Positions 18,759-28,600 of a DNA stretch of 64,000 bases are shown in pieces. Position 1 is the first letter of the stretch. Each line of letters starts with the position of its first letter. Under the pieces are notes generated by a model, which was given only the letters and a program-made list of their open reading frames with translations, searched no databases and was not told the origin of the DNA. Position numbers and translations under genes: made by a program. Source of the DNA: Gammaproteobacteria bacterium (GTDB taxonomy: Bacteria > Pseudomonadota > Gammaproteobacteria > Eutrophobiales > Eutrophobiaceae); the NCBI GenBank assembly GCA_965221695.1, contig OZ244905.1, positions 832,001 to 896,000 on the forward strand, written 5' to 3'.

Positions 18759-19613
18759 TTGATACCTGCTCCCGGCGCCTTTACCCAGCCTGTTCAGAAA
18801 AGCCTTCTCGGTCAGGGATTTCAGCGCGAACTGGATTGTGCGCCTGGGTAGAACGGTGTTTTTTACGATATCGGCGACTTTCAGTTTTATTTTCGGGTTG
18901 GATTTAAAATACTCCAAGACCGTAACCGCTGTTTCGGATAATGACTGGAGATGCGCGTACTTCTCTCGATATACAGCGATATCGGCAAGCGACTCCGCAA
19001 AAACCTTGAGAAAAAAAAGGACCAGGTTATCGAATTTATACAGCTTTGGATCCGTATGGAACCTGCCGTCTGAGGACTGGCGCAGTACGCTGTAATATTG
19101 GGTCTTGTTCTGCTCAATTTTTCTGTCTATCGCCAGGTATGAAGCGATTTCCCGCAGGTATTTGTCATCTGACTGCAAGAGTACCAACAGGAACAATGCC
19201 CTCCCCAGCCGGCCGTTCCCATCCTGGAACGGGTGTATCGCCAGGAAGCGAAAGGTAAATTCGATGGCCGTGAGCAGGGGCCAGTGATAGGTATCGGCAG
19301 TCCTGTTGTACCAATCAACTAGCTCGGCCATTGCCATTTCGGTCATCACCCCGGGGTCGATGGGTTCCAGAACAGTGCGTTCTTCACCGGTTTGATTATT
19401 TCTTGAGACAACCTTGTTGGTTACGGTTTTATACGCTCCTGCAAAATGTTCGGCAGGAGGATAGTATTTCAGCAATTCCCGGTGGAGTCCCCGGATTGTA
19501 GTCTGGGTTAATGGTTTCAGTTCATCCGCCTGAAGATATATTGTCGTGAGCACACTCCGGCTGCCTACGACTTCTTCGATACTCCTTTGCCTGCTGAATG
19601 GGATAGGTGTCAT
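18744..19613 (-). CDS. Fic family protein with C-terminal wHTH, probably N-terminally truncated
   Basis: HPFQDGNGRLGR Fic motif; start lies in a palindrome remnant and the stop is supplied by the MITE end. Confidence 0.8.
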   Translation of the reverse strand: MTPIPFSRQRSIEEVVGSRSVLTTIYLQADELKPLTQTTIRGLHRELLKYYPPAEHFAGAYKTVTNKVVSRNNQTGEERTVLEPIDPGVMTEMAMAELVDWYNRTADTYHWPLLTAIEFTFRFLAIHPFQDGNGRLGRALFLLVLLQSDDKYLREIASYLAIDRKIEQNKTQYYSVLRQSSDGRFHTDPKLYKFDNLVLFFLKVFAESLADIAVYREKYAHLQSLSETAVTVLEYFKSNPKIKLKVADIVKNTVLPRRTIQFALKSLTEKAFLNRLGKGAGSRYQLGKL

Positions 19614-19646
19614 TCCCGCGCGCCCAGGGAGGGTGGGGGACAGCCT

Positions 19647-22600
19647 TTACCTGTACCCCCACTGCAGGTTCAGCCACAAGCTGTGCTCCGGCGCTGCGTT
19701 CCAGAATGACTCCTCGCGCATGCCTTCAAAGCCTACACGCAGCACGCTGCCGCCTAGCAGCACATCGCTCATCTCTGCGCCCAGGGTGAAACGGCGGGAA
19801 CTCTCGCCTAAACCCGTGGCGCTGCTGTACAGGGTCCACAACCGGTCCCGGACAAACAGCCCGTAGCCCAACTCTGTCTGCATACTGAACTGGTACTCAT
19901 CCGCATCCGGACTGCGCTGCCCGCGCACCATGTCATCGATGTTGCGCTCCCACAACCGCTGGGCGCCCCCCTCCAGGCTGCCCAGGCTGCGCGTCGGACT
20001 GTAATGCGGACTTAAGCGCAGCATCCAGCCCGTGCCGTCCGCCTGGTACGACTTCTCCAGCAATGCGCTCGCCTGCCACTCACGATAATCCGAATTCGCC
20101 AGCAAACCGCCGCCGCGCAGTTGCGCCAGCCAGCCCGTCTGCGTGATATAGCGCAAACCACCGGCCAGGTCCAACCCGGCCCCACTGTTACCATCGCCCT
20201 CGTCTACCCGCACGCCCAGCTCGGCAAACTGCTCAAACTGCCCCGCATCCACCACCGAGGTATGGCTGCCCGCAAACACCGCACGCAAGCGTTGTACATC
20301 CACGTCCGGCGCGTCCTCCGCCGACATCGCCGCATACAGCATCTCGCTGCGGAAGTCCAACTGCCAGGCGCCATCCTGGTACAACTCGCCATTCAGACCC
20401 AGCGCCGCCATGTACAGCTCCAGGTCGGACTCCTCAAGGTATGTCTCCTCATCCACCGTCAGGTCCAGGTCGCCCGCCGCATAACCCAGCGTGCCCCAAA
20501 CACTCAGGTTCTCCGACACCAGCCAATCCGCATACGGATGGATGCCCGTCAGACTGACATCGTAATCGCCTGTCAGCGCGCGCCCGTCAGCGCCGCGGTC
20601 GGTATAGTCAAAGCGCGCCTCGGTGCGGGACAGGGCCGCGCCCACCAGCGCCTGCTCACTCACGCGCATATCCGCGCCCAGGTGGAAACTGGCCACGCCG
20701 CCGTCCCAATCCACCGCACCATCGCCCTTACTGCGCAACTCGTTATAGCCGCCATCACCCCAGAGTGTCACCACTTTGTCCGTTGTGCCGCCGCTTCCAT
20801 CACCGGCGCCGAAATTCAACGGCAGCACAAACGATGTCCGGCTCAGCAACTGGCGCAGATTCACCTTTCGCCGATGCTCCCAACCGCCCGGCGTGTCGAA
20901 GACCTCGAAGACTTCCGCCGCCGGCCGCAACAGCGCCGCGGTTCCCATGCCGGTTGCAGAGCGCTGAGACCTATTGTCCATGCCCGTGTAGTCTTCCCGG
21001 GTATTGCCGGCAAGCAACTGCCCCGCGCTTAGCTGTGCGGCATCTTCATCGACACCCTGCGCCAGCAAGTGCCCTGAAGTCAGAGCAATCTGACCGGCGA
21101 CCGACTGCGAAGGCCTTTCATTGAGCCCCAGTGATGGCAACGTGATCCCGATTTCTGCATGGGCGTCAGTCACCGGCGCACCGGCGACCGCCAACGACGG
21201 CAACGGTGTCGCAACTGAAGCAGGCTGACCCGCCAGCGGGCGCGCCAACACTTCTTCGATACCCAGCAGCGGCAATGTGATCCCGATCTGTGCGTAGGCG
21301 TCATTCACCGGCGCCAGGGCAAGCGCCAATGACGGCATCCGTGTGGCCACCGGGACGGGCCAATCGGCAGCCGATTGCGCAAACGCTGCGTCGATACCCA
21401 GCAATGGCAACCCGGGGCCGGTCTCTGCACCGGTTTCAGCCGCCGTCGAACCGGTTGCCGACTGCGTAAACACTGTATCAATACCCAGTAGTGGCAATTT
21501 GCTCCCGGTTTCTGCGTAGGTTTCACCCACTGGCGCTCCCGCGCCAGCCAGTGACGGCAACGGTGTGGCAACCGGCGCTGGCTGACCTGCGCCTGAGCGC
21601 GCCGGTCTCCGTTCCGGAGCCAGTCCTGCACGGCCGGCTTGCGGCCATGCCTGTGAATGTCCTGAAGATGGGGCTAACCGGCCCGCTGCGGGCGGCGCCT
21701 GGAATGGCGCTGAAACAGAACCGGCCCGGCTGCTCATCCCTGTCCTTGCGCGGGCGTTCCTTATCCGGTCGCTGAGCACCTGTGTCGTGCGCCCGACCAC
21801 CGACCGGGTCAACTGCGGCAGTACATCCTCGTGCACTCCGACCAAATCGGACTGCCCGATGCCCGCTTCGGTTACCCATACGTTAAACGTATCACTCACC
21901 GTGCCGCCATGGCCATCGGCGGCGGTCAGCGTCACGGATGTCGTTCCCACGGACAGACCTGTCAGGATCAGGACAGTGTCGGAGACGCTCACCGTCACAA
22001 TTGCGTCATGGTCCGCGTGCGCCGTGTAGGTCAGCGGATCGCCGTCCGCATCGGTGAACACACCGCTCACATCAACCTGCTCTTTGTCTTCCACCTCGAT
22101 CTCGCGGTCATCCAGGGGATCCGTGACCGCCGGCGCCCGGTTCGGATCAACAACCGTCACCATGAAAGTATCCTCCGCGGACCCACCCCTCCCGTCAGAT
22201 GCCGTCACCGTAACACGCGCCGTGCCCACGGCGATGCCGGTCAGCGTCAGGGTATCGCCCGATACCGCCACCGTGACCACGGATTCATCCGCAGAGACCG
22301 CGGCATAGGTCAACGCATCCCCGTCCGCATCGGTGAACGCGCCACTGACATCAAGCTGCCGGGTCTCGTCCACCTCCAGTTCCTGGTCCGCCAGTGGCAT
22401 GACCACATCCGGCGCCTGGTTCATGCCGGCGCCCGCTTCTATAACCGTAACCGTGAACGTATCACTGGCCTCACCGTCCCTGCCGTCAGCGGCCGTCACC
22501 GTAACATTTGTCACGCCCACGGTGATGCCGGTCAGTGTCAGGGTATTGCCTGATACCGCCACGGTGACCACTGCGTTATCGTCTGAGACCGCGGTATAGG

Positions 22601-25600
22601 TCAACGCATCGCCGTCCGCATCGATGAACGCGCCACTGACATCAAGCTGCCGGGTCTCGTCCACTTCGATCTCCTGGTCATCCAGTGGTATCGCGACTTC
22701 CGGCGCCCGGTTCATGCCGTCCGCCGAGTCCACCACCGTGACCGTAAACGTGTCGCTGGCCGCACCGCCTTTGCCGTCAGACACCGTCACCGAAACACTC
22801 GCCAAACCGACCGAGACACCGGTCACAGTCAAAAGACCCGTCGCATCCACGCTCACCGTGGCGAAGGACGGCGCATTGCTTGCCGTCCTGTACGACAGCC
22901 GATCACCGTCCGCATCCCTGAACGCGGCGGCGGCATCCAGCGTCAACGTGTCATCCACCACCACGGTCTGGTCCGGGATGGGCGCCACCAGGATCGGCGG
23001 ATGGTTCGAGGAGGATTGTGTGAAGTTGTCGGTGACCGTGACCGCGACCTCGCCGGTCAGATCATCATAGCCGCCACCGGCAGCGCCCAGCGTGACCGTG
23101 ACGCTATCGTCGTTGCCGTCATTGTCGCGCGCCGCGCGCAAGGTCACGGTCTGGGGCGTTGCATAGTCCGTGAGCGTAAACGTCAGGCTTGCGCCCTCGC
23201 TCACCGACACATCGCCGGCGCCGGACACCGCGACCGTCACGGTGTCCGCCGGCTCGTGCTCCAGGGCCACCGTAAACGTGCCCGTGCCGCCTTCGAGCAG
23301 CGTCAACTCAGTCGGGGTTATCGTGAGCGCCGCCATATCATCGTCCGTCACCGTCACCACGACCGTCTCATCGGCGTCGTCAAACTCCGCGCCGGAAGAA
23401 TCCAGCGCCACGCTGGTGGACTCGTCCTCGGCGTTGGCATCGTCCACCGGGGTAACCGTCACCGCCTGCGCCGTGGAGTAGTTGTCCGGTGTGAACGTCA
23501 GGCTCGCCGGACTCACCACGGCCGCGCTCGTATCCAAGCTTGTTACCGCCACCATCACGTTCACACTCGGTTTGACACTGAGCGCGACCGTGAATGTCTT
23601 CGCATCGCCGCCCTCGGTCAGCGTCACCGGTATGTCCGTCAATGTCAACGACGCGGACTCATCGTCCGCCACCGTCACCGCCACCTCCTCATCGGCGTCG
23701 TCAAACTCAGCGCCCGATGCGTCCAGCGTCACCGTTGTCGTCTCGTTTGCCGCATCGTCATCGCTCTGCGGGCTCACCGTCACCGTCTGCGCCTCAGTAT
23801 AGTTGTCCGGCGTGAACGTCAGACTCCCCGGACTGACCGCCACCGCGCCCGTGTCCAGGCTCGTCACCGCCACCGTCACGTTCGCGGTCGGCTTGGCGCC
23901 CAGCGCCACCGTGAACGTCTTCGCTGAGCCGCCCTCGCTCAGCGCCACCGGTGTATCCGTCAGCGTCAGTGATGCCGTCTCATCGTCCGCCACCGTCACC
24001 GCCACCGCTTCATCGGCGTCGTCAAACTCGGCGCCCGATGCGTCCAGCGTGACGGTCGTCGTCTCGTCCGCCGCATCGTCATCGTCCTGCGGCGTCACCG
24101 TCACCGTCTGCGCATTATTGTAGTCGTCCGGCGTGAATGTCAGGGTGTCCGGACTCACTGCCGCCGCGCCCGCATCCGCGCTCGTTAGCGCTACCGTCAC
24201 GTTCGCCGTCGGCTGCGCGCTGAGCAAGACCGTAAAGGTCTCCGCCGCGCCCCCCTCAGTCAGCGGGAGACTGTTGCGCGACAGGCTCAGTGAGGCGCCC
24301 TCGTCATCGGCCACTGTTACCGCCACCTCACTGTCGGCATCATCAAACTCGGCGCCGGTCGCATCGAGCGTCACCCGGGCGCTCTCATTCACCGCATCAT
24401 CGTCGTCTTGCGGTGTCACCGTCACTGTCTGCGCATCAGTATAGTTGTCCGCTGTGAATGTCAGGGTCTCCGGGCTGACCCGCGCCGCGCCCATGTCCAG
24501 GCTCGCGACCGCCACCGTCACGTTCGCCGTCGGCCTCGCGCTCAGCGCCACCGTGAACTCGCCCGCAGCGCCGCCCTCGGTCAACCCGAGGTTGTCCGGC
24601 GACAGGGCCAGCGTCGCGGTCTCATCGTCATCCACCGTCACCGCCACCGCCTCATCGGCGTCGTCAAACCCGCCGCCCGATGCATCGAGCGTCACCCGGG
24701 TACTCTCATCCGCCGCATCGTCATCGTCCTGCGGCGTCACCGTGACCGCCTGCGCGCGGGTATAGTTAGCCGGCGTGAACGTCAGGGTGTCCGGACTCAC
24801 CGCCGCCGCGCCCGCATCCGCGCTTGCGACCGCTACCGTCACATTCGCCGTCGGCTGCGCGCCCAGCGCGACCGTAAACGTCCTCGCCGCGCCGCCCTCG
24901 GTCAGCGCCACCGGCGTGTCCGTCAGCGTCAGCGATATCGTCTCATCGTCAGCCACCGTTACCGTTACGTCCTCATCGGCCGCGTCATAGTCGCCGCCGC
25001 TCGCATTCAGACTCAGTATCACACGCTCGTCCGACGCATCCAGGTCATCCAGCGGGGTGACCGTCACCGTCTGCGCACTATTGTAGTTGCTGCGCCGGAA
25101 CATCAGCGTCGCCGGACTCACCGTCACCGCCCCCGTGTCGCCATTGGCCAGCGACACGAGCACATTGGTGATCGGCTCCGCATTCAGCGCCACCGTAAAC
25201 GTCTTCGCCGCGCCCCCCTCGGTCAGCGCCACCGGCGTCCCGGTCAGCGTTAACGACGCGGTCTCATCATCGGCCACCGTCACCGTCACGTTCCTGTCGG
25301 CATTGTCATAGCCGCCGCCGCTCGCATCAAGTGTGACCATGACCCGCTCATCCGCCGCATCCGGATCCGACACCGGACTCACCGTCACTGTCTGCGGGCG
25401 ATTGTAGTTCGCCGTGTTGAACGTCAGCACCGCCGGACTCACTTCCACCGCGGCAATATCGCTGACCCACAGCCCCACGGAGACAAGGGTCGTGGGCTGA
25501 ACGCTGAGCGCCACCGTAAACGTCTTCGCCGCGCCCCCCTCGGTCAGCGCCACCGGCACGCCCGTCAGCGCCAGCGACCGGATCTCATCGTCGGCAACCG

Positions 25601-28600
25601 TCACCGTCACGGTCCGATCGGCATTGGCATACTCGGCCCCGCTGGCATCGAGCGTCAGGGTCACCCGCTCATCGGCCGCATCGGCATCGCTCTGCGGCAC
25701 TAGCGTCACCGCCTGCGCAATATTGTAGTTGTCCGGCGTGAACGTCAGATTCCCCGTACCACTCGTCCTCACTGCACCCGCATCACTGATGAACACTCTC
25801 ACATTCACGTTCGACGTCGGTCTCACCGTCAGCGCCACCGTAAACGATTTGTTCGGACCGCCCTCGAACAGCGCCACCGGCACGCCCGTCAGCGTAAGCG
25901 ACGGCGCCTCATCATCATCCACCGTGACCGCCACGTTCTCATCCGCATCGTCGTATTCGGCGCCGGAGGCATCGAGCGTCACCATGGTCGTCTCATCGGT
26001 CGCATCGGCGTCGTCCTGGGGTGTGACCGTGAGCGTCTGCGCAATATCGAAGTTGTTCGGCGTGTACGTCAGGCTCTCCGGACTCACCTCCGCCGCGCCC
26101 GCATCGGCGCTCGCGACTGCGACCGTGACAGTAGCCGTGGGCCGGGCAGTGAGCGCCGCTGTGAATATCTCGGCATTGCCGCCCTCGGTCAGTGGGATGC
26201 TGGTATCCGACAGCGCCAGCGCCGGCGGCGGTTTCGGCGTCGCCGTGGCCGGGTCTGAGGCCGGGCTTTCCAGTGTTGCCGTGGCGGCGCGAATCTGGAA
26301 CACGTACTGCCGGTTGTTGAGCAGCCTGGTCACCGTGTGCGTGGTGGTCGACGCGCCGCTGTTTTCCATGTCGGTCCAGGCATCCGTGGCATCGAAACTG
26401 TTGCCGAGCTTGTAGCGTAACTGGTACTTCGTGATCCGGGTATCCTGCGGGTCGTCCCAGGACAGTACGACCTGCGCATCGCCGCCAGTCGCGGTAAGAT
26501 TGGCCGGCTTGGCCAGGCCATCGTCATCGTCCACCGTGACCCGCACCTCGCCGGCCGCCCGGGTAAACTCAGCGCCGCTTGCCTCCAGTGCGACCGTCAC
26601 CTGCTCGTTTTCCTCGTCCGTGTCGTCCTGCGGCGTCACCGTCACCGTCTGCGCCCTACTGTAATTACCCGGCGTGAACGTCAGGCTCGCCGGACTGACC
26701 GCCGCCGCGCCCGGGTCGTCGCTCACCACCGTCACCGTCACGTTCGATTCGGGCTCAGCGCTCAAGGCCACCGTGAACGTGTCCGCCGCGCCCCCCTCGG
26801 TCAAGGCCAGCTCGGTCGGCGTGACCAGCAGCGCATAACCGACGGTGAGATGGATATCATAATCATACCTGATGCTGCCAATGCCTTCCCCCGGCAGGTT
26901 GTAGTCATTCACAGACATCACGATAATCGCGCTGCCGGAGTTGGCCAGCGGCGTAATGCGCATCTTGTTCTGACCGTCGGCGTAGTCGTACTGGTCCCGG
27001 GAATTGACCACCACACCGCGCACCACATTCTCCACCCGGAACACGCCACTCGGCGCCGGGCCGAACGAGGTCGAGTACTCGTCATACAAGGTCTGCCATG
27101 CATGCGGCCAGTCCGCGCCGGAATGGTCGCGCATCGGCCGGCAATCATCGGCGAAGATCGCAATACCGAACTCAATCGGGTCGCCATTTTGCGACAACCA
27201 GACATCCCGACGCCCCGGCGGCGCATCGGGGTCCAACAGTATCGGCCCGCGGGCGCTACAGCCGGCAGTCTTGAAGTTGAGCCACCCGTCCAGAATGTTC
27301 GGCGTCGCCGATGCCTGCGGCGAGGGTACCTGCCCAACGCCATCGACCACTGCGCGCACCTCGAACGTCAGGGACGACCCGATGGGCAGGTCAGACACGG
27401 CATGGGTGCGTGTGCTGTGGTCTTTCAGGCTGCCACGGCTGTCCCGGATATCGACCCAGCGCCCGAAATTGCCCGAGCCTTGCCTGGTGCGGTACCGCCA
27501 ACTGTCAATGGTCTCATTCGCCGTCATGGCCCAGGTCAGTGTCACCACGTCCGGTACCTCGGTCGAGGCCCTTGCCGTCAGGCTGGTCGGCGCAGCCACC
27601 GATACCGGCGTCGCCGTCACTTCCGCCGATTCGGGGCCGGGGGTGTTGGCGCTCATTGCCCGAATCCGGAAGGTGTATGCCGTGTCATTGGTCAGCCCGG
27701 TGACGGTGTGGCGGGTGGTGGCCGCGCTGCTGCCGTCAATGTCCGCCCAGTTGCCGTAATTACCGCTGCCTGCCTTCTGCCGCACCTGGTAGCGGGTGAT
27801 GCTGTTGTCGCCGGGGTCAGTCCAGCGCAGCGCCACCTGCATGTTGTTCGCGGTCGCGGTCAGGCCGGTGGGCTGGGCGGGTGGCGTCGCCGGCGTCGCG
27901 GTCACTGCCGCCGACTCGGCGCCATCGCCGATGGCGTTCACCGCCCGAACCTGGAACGTGTACGCCGTGTTGTTGGTCAGCCCGGTAACCGTGTGGCTTG
28001 TGGTGTTCCTGTTGCTGCCGGAAATGGTCGTCCAGTCGCCGTAGTTGTTATTGCCCGTCTTCTGTCGCACCTGATAGCGGGCGATGCTCCTGTTGTTCGG
28101 GTTTGTCCAGCTCAGTGCCACCTCGGTATCGCCGGCGGTAGCGGTTAATCCTGTTGGTTGGGCCGGCGGCGGCATCGGCGTCGCAGTCGCGTCTTCGGTA
28201 ATCCTGTGACCATCGGTGAACAACGACCCGATTTCGAATGTGTATTCGATGTTGTTGGTCAGCCCGGTCACTATGTGGCTGATGGTGAAAAAGTCACTAC
28301 CGGCAATGTCCGTCCAGTTGCCGTAGTTACCGCCGCTTTGCTTCCACCGCACCTGGTACCTGTCGAAAATGGTGGGAGGGTTCTGCGGGAAACCCCAAGT
28401 CCAATTCAGCGTCACCGTGGTATCGCCTGCGGTGGTCTCCAGGTCTCTCATGAAATTAAGATGTTGCCCCGGCGGGTACACATCCACCGTCAGGGCAGCC
28501 GATGCGGCGCTGTTGCCTCTGGCGTTCACCGCCCGGATCCTGATATTGTATTCGGTGTCGTTGTCCAGCCCGGTGACCCTGTGGCCGGTGGTGGTCGCGC

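Noticed and set aside
23170-24765. Regular array of ~106-aa plus-strand ORFs
   Set aside because: Antisense image of the 321-bp adhesin repeats
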